A stretch of DNA of 64,000 nucleotides. Origin: Toensbergia leucococca. Lineage: Eukaryota. Made by a program: the position numbers and the translations under genes. Under the pieces are notes generated by a model, which was not told the origin of the DNA, ran no database searches, and saw only the letters and a program-made list of their open reading frames with translations. Every line of letters starts with the position of its first letter. The first letter of the stretch is position 1. The stretch covers positions 1 to 64,000 of the forward strand of contig JALDZS010000126.1 in assembly GCA_022813965.1 (NCBI GenBank). The letters are read 5' to 3'. Shown in pieces: positions 23,627-36,881 of the stretch.

Positions 23627-25112
23627 GATTGAAGGATGGATGATGGAACGTTGGAATATACATTGAAAAGATGTATATGACGAGACTTTAAGGTATGAAA
23701 ATATCAAAAATTGAATATTGAATATTGACAGCCCCTGACTTTCAACTTTATGTCGAGGCGTCAAAGCTTTGAACGACGAATTAGTCTGCGAACGTAGTCG
23801 CCCTTTGAGACAGATGTTCTTACCTACCTCACTTCTGACCACAAGACTTCATGAATTGAATTATCATTATTGATGATGAAGGATTCTCGGCTCACAATTC
23901 AAAGCTTTGACTGAAAACGTTTTTCCCAGCTCTTCATAGATCGCTGAGGGAAAAAGCAGGAGCCCGAATACGGTTCACTTTATCGAAGACGTTACGAGTG
24001 TATCATGTAGACTTTTCTCGACTCTCTTTCAATATTAGACTTCACTCCGCGGCACACGTTTTTTGACTTGCCAGTCAGGATTTTCTCTATTAGGCTATTT
24101 TGATAATTGGTTTTCACTATTCTCATAATGAGTTTTGTAAAGATTTTCGAAATTTCCTTGGCAAAGCCTGCGTTTATATCAAACTCTATGTGAGAGAATT
24201 ACCGAATGCTCTCAGACAATGCTTTGGCTTCTGAAATCAAAACTTGGGTCTCGGTCTATGACAGTGCCGCGATGGAAGTCACTTTACCCTGCTTGTCAGG
24301 TGTCCATGCCTCGTGCTGACCTCTCAATACCACTATATTTGCAAAAGCCTAAAAGGTGCTATCTTAACTTAAAATTGATACAAAGTGGGCACCAGGAATG
24401 GTTAGATCGATGCTTTTGGCGAAGCGTGCACCCTTCATTTCAATTGACCTCACTTATGTCGAAGTATTTTCAGTAAGTGGCTAGGGAAATCTCTCTCCAT
24501 TTCGTTAAGTTCCCTTTTTCGTATTGGTCTCCTCTATGCGAAAAGCTAGTAGGTGAAATCGAACCTCAAATTGTCCCAAAGTGGAACCCAATTACGTCTT
24601 GGCCACTCCGTTGAGCCAAATAACCTCCATTAATCCTCAATAAACTTTTACAAGTCATGAGCTTTTCAAAACGTTGTGAGGATACTCTCTGTCCAGGCTC
24701 TGATGGATGACACAAGACAGTGTTAGCTTTCTAGCAGAGCAGTACAAAAGAACCACATTCTTCCTGTTCTTTTTTGCTCTCCCTCCATCAGCTTGCTATT
24801 AATCTTTCTTGTATGAATAAGTATACATTCTATAGCATACTAGCATATCACAACCAGAAGCGCCTCTACTCCTCGCTCTTTCTCCATCTCACATTTTCTT
24901 CTGCGCCTGCCACTTCTCCATCTAACTAGCCACACCATCCGCAAACACCAGCAATCGACTCCTCAACGCCCATCTCGACCCCATCATCCTCGCCAACCAC
25001 AAGCGCCTCCTCTCTCCGCCCTATCTCCCACCCACCCCTTCTCCTCCGCCACCAATCTCTCCTTTTCCACCATCACCACCACCACCACCACCACCACACC
25101 AGACAGCACCAA

Positions 25113-25569
25113 ATGGACACCTTCACCGCCTACACCCTCGCCCCCCTCATGCCCGAAAAAGGCAGCATGCCAACCATCGGCTCCGTAGCCGCAAACTTCG
25201 CCCGCACCTCCTCGGACGAAGCCCACACCGACTTCCTCCGCTTCTCCAACTCTTCCACCCTCGTAAGTCTCTCCCCCCCCTTTCCCCCTTCCCCAACACA
25301 TCCTCCCCACAAAAAACACAATAAAAACTAACCCCACACAAAAAATCCAGGCCGACAGCATCCTCGCCTCCCTCGGCGAACAAGACTACCAAGCCTACAT
25401 GGACGAGACCAGGGCTTTTAACGAGAGGGTCGCTGAGCGGAAGGAGGAGCGGAGGGCGGAGAAGGCGAGGAGGGCTGCGGAGAGGGAGGGGAGGGGGAGG
25501 GGGAAGGGGTTGGTGAGGAGGCTTTTGGGCAGGTTGGGAAGGGGGATTGTGAGGCGGATGTCTTTTTAG
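25113..25569 (+). CDS. Small orphan protein (about 122 aa) with basic C-terminus
   Basis: Exon 25113-25262, phase-0 intron 25263-25350 (GTAAGT..ACTAAA..CAG), exon 25351-25569 open to TAG. No family recognised. Confidence 0.55.
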
Positions 25570-27035
25570 GGTTCTTTCTTTTGCTTTTGCTTTTTTTCGC
25601 TTGGGTTGTGGGGGGTTTTTTTTTTGGGCGGTGTGTGTTTGTTTTTGATTTTTGGGGGGGGGGGCCTGGGTTGGTTGGGTGGGTGGGTCTTATTGCGAGT
25701 TTGTGCTTTTTTGGGGGGGGGGGATTTGGTTTAGAGTGTATTTCCTTTTTTTCTCCTTTTTTTTCTCTTTTTCATGTATATAGTGTATACACTACCATAT
25801 CATACACTCACAACCCCTCATTCTCAACATCTCACCTCCCCCTCTCTCCCTTCTCCCTCCCCCCTTCCCCCCTTCTCCCCTCTCCCTCCCCCACCCCCCT
25901 ACCCGGACGCGCCATCACATCAGAAAAAGAGTCATGAATGTCTGCACCCCCCCCTTCCTCACCTCTCAACACCCCATTTCTCTATCATCTCTGATGTGTA
26001 TCATTCACCTTCTAGACTACACCTATTACATACATCATTTAAAAACAAAGACTCATATATAGCTAGCTATGAAATACATGCATGCAGGTTTTGTGACATA
26101 TCCTGACTCTTAAAGTTTTTCATGACTTTTTGTTATGGATTTCCGTATCCTGGTGTCTATGGTGTATGATGGTTGCTGTCTAGATGCTCAGATCATCAAT
26201 ATCTAGTGTGTGAGGTCAGAGCAATAGATGAACTGAAAACCTGAGGATGCTAATCTAAGCCCCTTTGTGACATACACTAAACCCTTTATGAAAATATTCA
26301 TAACAGTTTTGTTGTTGTTGTGAGTTTTTTGGTCTGTTTTTTTTGGGGAGGGGGGTGAGTGTGTGTTAGTCTGATCTGAAGGTTTGAATTCAGTTTTGAT
26401 GTTTTTTTTTTGAGGGGAGGGGGGGGGTTGAGGTTGTTGAGTATTTTATACACTTGCCCCTTTTTTGTGATGTATCAACACTCAGCTCTGAGACTTACCT
26501 TTTTTTATGATTTTATGTAAGGTGTGATGTCAGAGAGAGCATATATGTCATGATCCTAATTTCAAATGTGAGGGGGGTTTCTTTGAGTTTTGGTTTTTTG
26601 TGATGATTGTTTATTACTTTTCTTGCTTTGTTGTGTTAGATATTGGTGATATTGAGGGGTTGATAAATGAGGTTTTAATGAAACCTTTTGAACTCTTGAT
26701 TTTTTGAATTTTGTGCAGCGAGGGCTCATGGTTTGGAAATCGGGGGTCTTTTTTGTGTCAGTGTGGATTTTTTTTTTGATTGGGTAAGGTGAGTCCCTAG
26801 GGGATTAGGGTGTAGTAAACCGAGGGTGTCAGAATAGCAAATTGCCTGTTTTTTGAGGGGGGGGTTAGGAGTGTGGTTTCTTTGAAATGGAAGGTTTTTT
26901 CCAGATGCCCAACACACGTTTCTGTAGAACAGAGCATATTCTCTAAAAAGAAGACATGCTATCTTTATCTTAAAAACCAACCATATTTCTTCAGACCCTC
27001 TCCCTCATCATCTCCTCATGTCATATTCCTTAAAC

Positions 27036-28414
27036 TCATAAAACATCCCAGATCTTAACCTCCATCGTGTCAGCAAGGATGTCCATCATCTCCTCCGTCT
27101 TGAACACATACTGCGAAGCATTGATTTCACAACCACCCTCGGAAACCCTCATGAAATTACTGTCATCCAACTCCTCCCAAGACTCCATCCTTGCAATCGA
27201 CTTGGTGCGAGATTGGGAAATGTGTCCGGTTAGCAGTCGCGATGAGTTGAGCTTGCGAAGATGCTTCGGCATGCGTTGTGAATGACAGCATGTCCAGACG
27301 AATTCCTTCCATTCATCGCCTGTCAACATGTACGGCTCAGAGCTTGTGATAACCGAGTTCGGAATGATGCACTCCAATAGCTTGGCACTCTCCGCTCCTC
27401 GACGTTTGGCGTATTTGGCATACAGGTTTGCGACCTCTTTCTCAAGACTAAGGTATAGAGTAGGTCCTGACACTCCCATGAAGTCTGTTGGCCACGATGA
27501 GTAGAGGCGAGAGACGTCTAGATCTCCAGAGTCCTCGTTGTACAGATGCTGTATTCTTTTTCCGTCGATGCCTTTCCATAGCGTGGTGAAACCTGGAGTG
27601 AAATGAGGGTGATTGGTTGCTAGAATGATACTGGTCAGCATTCCTCGGGCAAACAGGAAGCAGCCTTACCTGTCGCAACTTGAACTGATCCTGTCTGAGA
27701 TGACTGGGCAGCTGATGCCGATTGGGGAGCTCGGCTCGATAAGCTGGTGGTAGGAATAGACCGTCTTAAGCTCTGAGCATCTGCAGTACATCCTCCTGCC
27801 TGCTCGCTGGCTTCGTGCTCTCCTGAATGCATTCCCAAGCTCGTATACGGGGTTCCGGCTCTCTTTCTGGCTAGTAGCTTCGCTCTTTCATCACTCTTGT
27901 CTTGATAGAGTTTCAAGGTACGAAAGCGTAGCTGAAACGAATCTATCGCCCAGAATTTGGCACTTGCCGTCAGTCTAAGACTGTTGTATGCTGGGTCTAA
28001 GATCGCTGCGTATAGATCTTCCTTCAGTCCAAGATTTTGCAAGACCTGGTGCCAATCATCATCTAGATTAGACGCATCGTGAGCTTGGTCTTTGATGAAA
28101 TTTCGCGCAGTTTCCTCGAAATCCCATGGGCCATCGGGCCCAACATCAGTCCAAATCGCCCAAACTTTTGCTGACGTTTCTGCTGTAAAGCCAATAAACT
28201 CATACGTCTTAACACTTTCGAAGACAGTTGGGATAAGCATTCCTTCTTCGGCGGAAGCATATCCTGAGTCAGTCGTATGTAATGACAAGGAAGAGGAGTT
28301 GTTCAACAACAAGGTGGATATTGACATTTGGCGTATACCGTTGATCACCGGGTTGATTAGACTTAGTGCGTCAAGATCCTGGACGTCATCCACATTTGGA
28401 AGTGAAGAAGACAT
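27036..28414 (-). CDS. Hypothetical protein (about 442 aa) with C-terminal DUF3990 / ADP-ribosyltransferase-like domain
   Basis: Intron 27669-27620 (GTAAGG..GCTGAC..TAG) joins the two track ORFs in frame. C-terminal motifs TLWKG, TDF...LYLS...A..YA, EWKEFV, LLTGHI, QYVFKT. Gene model is well supported; the domain call is tentative. Confidence 0.7.
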
Positions 28415-30419
28415 TTTGAGGACTTTTGCGTGGGATGATGTTCTGAAAAGGTTGAAGATCAAGTTGAGGTAGAGAACGAGCAGTCTGAGAAGCAACGGGA
28501 GGACAGACAGTTCTCTGAGAGTCTGAATTGATCAAAAGGTGGTGAAGTGGAAAGCGAAAGGTGAAAATATTTGCAAGTTGTTAAATTCGCCTTCCGTTGA
28601 GGCATGAATACCATTTTATCTGTCACATAAGATTCGAGTAATATAGTTCTTTTATTGTCTATAGTTCATTTAGACCCATGTTCAATAGGCCAGAAGTATC
28701 TTATAGGTCGCTCCTCGGGCAAGGTATTAGTAGAGAATCACCACATTTACTACTAATTTCCCTTAATCCTCCTCACTTATTATTAGTACCATGAGAAAAT
28801 ATGTTTCTGCGAAGCGCAGCGTTGGTCACAGACGTGGGACTTTAACAGAATGGGTGGGCAAGGCATGGATTGGGTTTCATAAAGACCCCGCTAAGTCAGA
28901 GTTAATACGCCAGATATTTCATCGAGCAGTAATCTCACTGACTGTAGATAGGATTGAAGATAAGGAGCTGTAAATCAAGGATGTATCAAAAGTAGAGGTG
29001 GATGACTGGACTAGAAGATCAGACATAGAGGCAGATTAAACCAATATTGCTTCAGTGAAGGAGGAGAAAGAGGAAGATGATTTCAGGTGTTTATTCTGAT
29101 GAGGAGGAGGAAGAGGACGGCGACGAGGCGGAATACGTACCTGAGACTGTTCCTCATAAGTAGATACCCCAATACTTTAAGACAATATCTTATAGACCAA
29201 CACACCTTCGGTCTAAAGACTTCGATTTGATGCCTTGTCTTATATATCAGTAAGGTCTCATATGACAATTCGTACGGGAGGCAAGTCATAAGGAGGAGAA
29301 TTTTCGACGGTAAGGAGAGAGGAAGCTCGGGGAGCAAAGGGGAGCATGAAGGAGTGGTGAACAGGCTCGACTTATGTGAGTAACCGTCCATCGACCAGAA
29401 GCACTGTTCGCCTACCCTCCCATCGCCATCACCATCACCCACATTCTGATCCCTCTGACCTCTGCCGAAGGCTCTTAACGAACCATGTTCTCTAAAAAAG
29501 CCCAAAAGTACCAATCAAATTCTTCGAAAAGGCAAAAGAAGCCTTCGAAGAAAAGCTCCCACCGCTCTCAATCCAAGCCCAGTGTCTCCCGTTTTAGTTA
29601 GTCAGTCAGAGAAATAAATGTTGTCAAAAAAAGACTGCGTCAAAGTCAGGAAATGCCAAGATTCCAGGTCAGAATTACTCATACAAAACACCAGCCGAGA
29701 AAACCCCCCAGGGAGCAAGAAGAAAATCATGGCTAGAAAGAAAGTAGTTGAAGTAGCATTGATTCGAGGATTAATATCACATGCGTGTTTCTGCTCCTGC
29801 CATGACGGACCTGTATGTGCGGATACGACACAGGCTCCTTGCCCAAGTCCGAAGGCCCTTTTATTTAATACTCCCCATAACTGAAATAGTTCCACCTTGA
29901 GAGAGCACCCGGTAGGGAATTCAGCGAGGGAGTGCTTGAACTGACCTGAACTTGTCCAAGTAGAGATTCTACCTACTGTTCGTCGTTCAATTTTGTGGTC
30001 CTAAGTAGGGAGTTGGGGAGCTAACCCTAATGAGGTAACAGGTGATGTCATACTACTGCGTCGTTGAGTGAGTTTGAATATCTTCTCTATTGAAAAGAAA
30101 AGAGAGAAAAGAAAAAGAAAAAGAGTAACAAGAGTGAAAGTCAGACAATGGAATTGATTAGGTTGAAGGAAGAAATATGTGGCGATACGCATCAGTAGAG
30201 GGAAGAATTTATCACGAGTCACCTTAGAGTACTATCAAATAGAAGATACGATGCAGGTATGTCAGGTTTCTCACCCGAGAATACAGATACTCAATTCTCT
30301 TTCCTCAAAGGTCTTGTGGAAATGTCACAGCAAGTTTTCATATTTTGGACGCACACACACATAAAAGCACACAACACTCCAAACTTCCCCATCTATCTAA
30401 TCATCCCCCATCACCAAGC

Positions 30420-30692
30420 TTACACATTCCCCCCGAGCCCTAAAATCTTCATATTCTCAGCAACCTTCTCCTCCAGCGCCTTCTGCTTCTCGTCCTCTAG
30501 CGCTTTCTGCTTCTCCTCCTTTAGCGTCTTCTGTTCCTCCTCCTCCAGCATCTTTTGCTCCGTGCAGCTATCGCACAAGGAGTCTAGGGAAAAGCTCTTG
30601 ATACCACCAGTGACTGATTCCTCATCACATGGCCGATAGTCCCATCGAAGGCAGCCACAGAGATACTCATACTCGTAGACTACTGTGCCCAT
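30420..30692 (-). CDS. Small Cys-motif protein (90 aa) with charged coiled-coil repeats
   Basis: ATG-initiated ORF with YLCGC..C..CDSC and three 8-aa EE(K/E)QK(A/T)L-type repeats. Confidence 0.5.
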   Translation of the reverse strand: MGTVVYEYEYLCGCLRWDYRPCDEESVTGGIKSFSLDSLCDSCTEQKMLEEEEQKTLKEEKQKALEDEKQKALEEKVAENMKILGLGGNV

Positions 30693-30965
30693 TTTGAGGA
30701 TTTGACTGTAGGCGGGTTTGCTTGATAGGATATGTTAGGTAAATGCTGAATGACGTGCTGTAAGAAGTGTTGTAACAGATTGAGAATGAGGATATTGAAA
30801 GAAAAGAGAATCTATCGAGACGTGAGATCTTAGAAGAGAGGGACAGATGGAAGATCAATAAAACTCAACGCGCAACAAAGAAGACTCTTAACAAATAGGG
30901 TACTAAGATTCACTCTTTACCCGCAACAAAAAAAAACAACCCCATTGTTCTCCGCTCTCAGAACT

Positions 30966-31087
30966 CAACTCTTCGCAAAAGCCTCCTTCAACGCCCCTCA
31001 ACCCCTTCAAGCCTCCTCAAACACAACTCTTCGCAAAAGCCTCCTTCAACGCCCCTCAACCCCTTCAAGCCTCCTCAAACACAACTC
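30966..31087. repeat. Perfect 58-bp tandem duplication
   Basis: Unit caactcttcgcaaaagcctccttcaacgcccctcaaccccttcaagcctcctcaaaca starts at 30966 and 31024, with a partial third start at 31082. Confidence 0.95.
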
Positions 31088-31219
31088 GATAAAGCACTCA
31101 AAACCTGTGAGGAGAATAAAGCAGTCACGCTTCACCTTCTCCAAACAACCCTCAAAACAAGTGCCACCAACCCCTCTACCTTTATTGCAGCACCAATATC
31201 CAAGGGCCTTCCGTCTCAA

Positions 31220-32170
31220 GAGAAAAGACACTCCACTAGCTCAGGCAGCAGGAAATGGTCACATAGACGCTGTGCGATACCTCTTGAAAAGTAATCAAAG
31301 AGGGCAAGACCCTCAGCAAGCACTTTTTGTCGCAGCCAAGCATGGGCAAAGTGAAGTAGTCGAGGACTTGTTGAAAGATGGACATGTGGATCCAAACAAG
31401 ACTTCGAACGATGGGTCTTCGGCTTTGATTATGGCCGTTCGAGGTGGCCATGAAAATATCGACTTAGGTCGTCTGGCAATAATCCAGGTCTTACTTCGCA
31501 GCGGCGCAAATATCCAAGGCACTAATTGCCACGGCCGGACCGCGTTGTTTGAGACCATCACACTACCTACTCTTGAAGGGCCTACTCTGCTTCTTTTCAA
31601 CGGCATCAATGTATCTTCGACGTCAAACGACGGTGACTCAACCTTCCACGCAACAGTGATTTGTAGAACTTATACACTCACTCCTCTCTTGCTAAATCAA
31701 GGAGTAGAGGTGGACCCTCGAGACAAACATGAATGAACACCTTTGCACCTTGCTGTTCAGCAAGGAGACACGAAGATCATAGAAGTTCTGTTAGACCGAG
31801 GTGCCGATATCGCAAAAGAAGGACAAAGTGGCACGAGTCCACTCATCATTGCAGCCCAAGCCGGTAGAACTTCAACATGCACCCTTATTCTAAAATATAG
31901 TGCGAAATCGGTGTACGTTCAAAGGAGGGGCAAAACAGCGTTGGTGATCGCTGCTGAATCGGAAAGTATCCCCATTATCACAAACCCTACTCGAACACGT
32001 AGCGGACGTGAACACATCTGCAGATCGAGGGGAAAACGGCCCTGATGATTGCAACCAAATCTGGTAATTTTGCGGCTTCTGAGAGTATTGCTTTCCCCGC
32101 AAAGCAGACATCAACGCACGCAATTGGGGAGGAGAAACGGTACTCATGTGTGTGCGGCAAGTGGTGGCAA
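31220..32170 (+). pseudogene. Ankyrin-repeat protein pseudogene
   Basis: Repeats DTPLAQAAGNGHIDAVRYLL, GSSALIMAVRGGH, DKHE*TPLHLAVQQG (TGA 31734-31736), GKTALVIAA. Further repeats (TALMIA, ADINARNWGGETVLM) appear only through frameshifts after about 31980. Confidence 0.8.
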
Positions 32171-32647
32171 CGAACAAGTTCGGCACCTGTTTTTTCAACT
32201 ATGAAGCCCGTTTGATAGCAGATATGGACGATAAGTAGCCAAGGGCAGGCCGCGAATTGTGTTCCCGGAATTCTAATCCAGCAATCATAGGCGAATCAAC
32301 ACACTACTCACCCCGATAGCCTCATAGGTCCGAGATCTAAGCCCACACTTTCGCTGTAGTGCTAGTGTGGTATCATTGTGGGAGGGGATTCGACTTGGAT
32401 GGGGTTTGGCTGTGCGTCAAGTGTGTAGGCGATAGAGAGTCTTTAGAGTGAGGTGTTTTAGGGGTGGTGGTCTTTCCAGGGACTAGGCAGAGAGAGAAAG
32501 AGAGGCTGTAGGAAGGTCAGCAGTAGCCTTGTCGTTCACATGATATCTGCCGTATCCGTATGGGTAAACAGACGAAGAACCTCGCTCGGAAGATTGGCCA
32601 GCGGCGTAAATTTGGGTTGATCTATTATACAATCTTTCACCCCTAAA

Positions 32648-34616
32648 TCAATGACCATGGCCATCATCCTCGCCTCCACCCCTCTGTTCCGGATCCAGCT
32701 TAATCAGCGTATCAATCCTCATAATCGCAATACAAGCCTCCACCGCACTCTTCAACTGCCTCACTTTACTCATACTGGGCTCTAGCACACCCGCCTTAAT
32801 CTCATCAACTACCCTGCCCTTCATCAAATCCAGGCCGTAGTTTTTGTAATTCTTCTTCTTGGCAATGGTTTTTTCGTCTTCGTTGGCGTCGCCGTCTTGG
32901 ATGCGTTGGGAGAGGGCGTGGCGGGAGCGGAGTTGAGCGACCAATTCAGACGAGTCTTTGGCCGCGTTGACGGCGAGGGTTTTTGGGATGATGAGGAGGG
33001 ATTGAGCGAATTCGCCGATGGCGAGTTGTTCTCGGGAGCCCTTTTGGGGGAAATATTAGTAAATGAGAGGGGGTTTATGAGCTGAATTCAACGTACAACT
33101 GTGCCAGCAAATTCTTCGAGGTAGATGTGTAGAGCCGTCTCCACAGCGCCGCCTCCGGGCACTATACTTCCACTTTCCAACGTACGCTTGACAGCCGATA
33201 GTGAATCATGTACAGAACGTTCCATCTCGTCGAGTTGATATTCATTGGATCCTCGCAGTATGATCGATGCCGATGTATGCACTTTTGTACCCTTCACCAA
33301 GATGCATTCATCGTCTGAAATCCTCTCCTGAGACACCTCCTCTGCGTGTCCGAGCGAGGCTACTTCAAATTTTTCATCCCCGTTGAGATCCGATAATGAA
33401 CTGATCAACGTGGCACCGGTAGCCCTTGCTATCCTACGAAGATCCTCTTTCTTACATCTCCTTACAGCCATGGCCCCTTTCTCGATGAACTGTTTCAGAA
33501 CCAAATCATCGATCCCTTTCGTGGTGAGAACCACATTTGCGCCAGCCTTTAGGATCATCTCTACCCGTTCCATCACCATGCCGACTTCTCGCTGTCTGAT
33601 TTGCTCCAGCTGTTGCGGATCATCAATCGTAATATGTACACCTAATTTCATCCGTTCTTTCTGTAGATTCATATCAAGACATGCTATTTTGGCGTCCATT
33701 ATTCGAGTCTTCATTGCTTGTGAGGCAACGGTGCAGTTTAATGCATACCCTTTGACCAACACTGATTCCAACGAGCTTTTCCCATGTGCTTTTAGTACGT
33801 TTACGGCCTTTACTGGGTATTTGGTCTCGTTTCGATTATTTGTAGATTTGACGCACTGCATAGCATCTACCACCATATTTGAAAAGAATTCCGAGTCCGA
33901 GCCTATTATTTTACTTGACATCGATGTCTTTGCGATGTTAATGAGTGATTCCCTTCCGAGATGTTCTACTTTGGTACTGATATTTTCGTTCATATACTTT
34001 ACTGCTTCTCGGAGTGCCAGCCGGTAACCGGTGATTATGGTGGTAGGATGTATGCGGTTCTTCACGAGCTCGTTGGCGCGGCGAAGCAGCTCTGCTGCTA
34101 TGATGACTACTGACGTAGTCCCATCGCCTACCTGGGAGAGTTCAGCGAAAGGCTGAGGCATTGACGCGTAGCAACCTAACCTCTTTATCTTGTTGTTGTG
34201 CTAGATCGACAAGTATCTTTCCCGCAGGATGCTCTACATCCAGTAGACTCAGTATAGTAGCACCATCATTGGTGACAGTGACATCCTGCAGAAGATCAGT
34301 CCAAGGCCTCGGCATGATACTGTCCAGGCGCATACCCCAATATCATCTACCATCATCTTGTCGAGGCCCGAAGGACCGAAGGAACTTTTGACGACATTGG
34401 CAATAGCTTGAGTAGCGAGGACTTGAAATATGTGAGTAAAAATTGAGGATTTTTGAAGGTTCGAAGAATACCGTTCTGGTCTCGAATATCGGCTCCACTG
34501 ATCTTCTGGCCTCCGAGGACTGCGAATTCAGTATCAGCAAGGTTGACTTGGTCGGGTCAAGATAGAAACTAACAGAGAGTGCCTGCGTTCCGGGGCTGTT
34601 CGAACAATGAAGTCAT
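32648..34616 (-). CDS. TCP1: Chaperonin CCT/TRiC alpha subunit
   Basis: [59 protein letters not shown]. Several canonical introns, the first at 34573-34520. Confidence 0.97.
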
Positions 34617-34884
34617 TCTCCAAGAAGTGAGGCCTTGAGCTGTTGAAGTGATGTGGATAGGGCTACGAGTAGCGTTGTAGCTCTGAATATTTTCGAGAAG
34701 CTGTAGCACGCGACGCGCTAGCGAAGACCCCTGACCGGCTAAGCTATCCCTGTCACCACTCACACATCTCTTTCCAATTCGTCGTTTGGTAATACGGAGT
34801 CATGTACCTATGATTTGACTCACTCCTCACGCCTTCGAGCTTTGTTCTGTACCCCGGCAGTTAACATCAGTTCTGCATATCAAA

Positions 34885-36881
34885 ATGGCAGAAAACGATC
34901 CTCCAGAAGTGCAAGAGCCTACCCAGGAATCTGGAATCAAACCGATAGATGAACCTCTCGCAGACCGCACAACTGCCATAAACAACGGCGACGTAGAGCC
35001 CCAGGAGATCTCCAAAAATGCTGCTAAGAAGGCCGCCAAACAGGAACTACTTGCTGCGCAGAAAGCCCCCAAGTCAGCCACTAATACCACCAAAGAAAGC
35101 GGAAGACCAGAAGCCAAGAAAGCTGTAACGAAAGCCCCGAAAAGAAAAATTGATGGCGCAGCTCTTATCGGCATAGACGTGGCAAAGGAGGAGGACTTCT
35201 CGTCTTGGTATCAGCAAGTCCTCACAAAGGGTGATATGCTGGACTACTACGATGTCTCTGGTTGCTACATACTCAAGGTCAGTGTATACTAGGTGCCTTA
35301 GAAACTGTCGATTGACTTCTCGTAGCCCGCGTCATATTTCATATGGGAAGAAATACAAACATGGTTCAATAAGAAAATCAAAAGTATAGGGGTCAAGAAC
35401 TGCGCTTTCCCCATGTTCGTCTCTGAAGATGTGCTTGAAAAAGAAAAGGCACACATTGAGGGGTTCGCTGCTGAAGTAGCATGGGTAACACACGCGTATG
35501 TCTACTACTGCTACCAAGGAGCATATCAAAGGCCTTTGAAGAAAGTGCTTATTTTGTTCATAGAGGTAAAACTCCGCTGGAAAAAAGAATAGCTATCCGT
35601 CCCACCTCAGAAACAGTCATGTACCCATATTACGCCAAATGGATTCGAAGCCATCGAGACCTTCCCCTGAAGCTAAATCAATGGAATTCCGTCGTTCGAT
35701 GGGAATTCAAAAATCCCCAGCCTTTCTTACGGACCCGAGAATTCCACTGGCAAGAAGGTCATACAGCCCATCTTACCGAACAAGGTGCCGCAGACGAAGT
35801 TCGGACGATCCTGGAATGGTATGCGGGTGTTTACGAGGAATTGCTTGCTGTTCCTGTGATTCGTGGTGGAAAGACTGAAAAAGAGAAATTTGCTGGTGGA
35901 CTATACACAACTACAGTCGAAGGATACATTCCCGCTACCGGACGAGGGATTCAGGGAGGAACAAGTCACTGCCTAGGTCAAAACTTCAGCAAAATGTTCG
36001 GTATCACTGTTGAAGATCCATCCGCAAAAGACGGCGAGAAGAAAGCCCCATTATATGTTTGGCAGAATTCATGGGGCCTCTCTACGCGTGTCATTGGTGT
36101 CATGGTCATGATTCATGGTGACAATCGCGGCCTTGTTATTCCTCCACGTGTCGCTGAGACGCAGGTCATAATTGTTCCTGTGGGCGTTACTGCCAAATCT
36201 ACTGACGAAGAAAAGTCATCTCTCAACGAGCAAATAGATGCTCTAGCCACGGTGCTGAGAGCAGCCGATATACGAGTGGAAACAGACAAACGAGAGGGTT
36301 ACTCACCAGGCTGGAAATTTAATGAGTGGGAAATGAAAGGTGTGCCATTACGTTTGGAGTTCGGTCCTGGAGAATCAGCGGGCCATTTCGTCACTACCTC
36401 CCGCCGAGATATCCCAGGCAGAGACGGAAAAAGTACCATAGCTATAACGGCACTGACCGAGGAAATACCGGCCCTTCTTGAAACGATCCAAACGGACCTC
36501 TATTGGCGTGCCGACTCGAAACTCAAAGAGCACACTAAGAAAATCACTGAATGGGATGATTTTGTTCCGGCACTTAACGCTAAGAACATTTGTCTCATTC
36601 CACATTGCTTGACCGAAAAGTGCGAGGACGAGATTAAAGATTTGAGCGCTAGGAAAGAGGTTGGTGATGAGACTCCTGAGGATGCCAAGGCTCCTAGTAT
36701 GGGGGCCAAGAGTCTGTGTATTCCTTTCAAGCAGCCAGAGGGTATTGTCACTGGAGAGACCAAGTGTACGAATCCAAATTGTCAGAACTTGGCTACTAAG
36801 TGGTGCTTATTCGGCAGTAAGTGTTTTGGTGCTGGAAACAAGATCATATATATGCTTACTATGTGTGCAGGGAGCTACTAA
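34885..36881 (+). CDS. Cytosolic prolyl-tRNA synthetase
   Basis: [59 protein letters not shown], terminal FGRSY. Three introns. Confidence 0.97.

Noticed and set aside
27620..27669. Apparent frameshift between ORFs 27635-28495 and 27036-27641
   Set aside because: Fully explained by a canonical 50-nt intron.
28970..29276. Possible solo LTR or nested short inverted repeats (taagacaa/ttgtctta, tagacc/ggtcta)
   Set aside because: Arms are only 5-8 bp with uneven spacing, there is no target-site duplication, and no second copy was seen.
33383..34027. Long antisense ORF opposite TCP1, and similar ones opposite other genes
   Set aside because: Shadow ORFs caused by codon bias on the coding strand.
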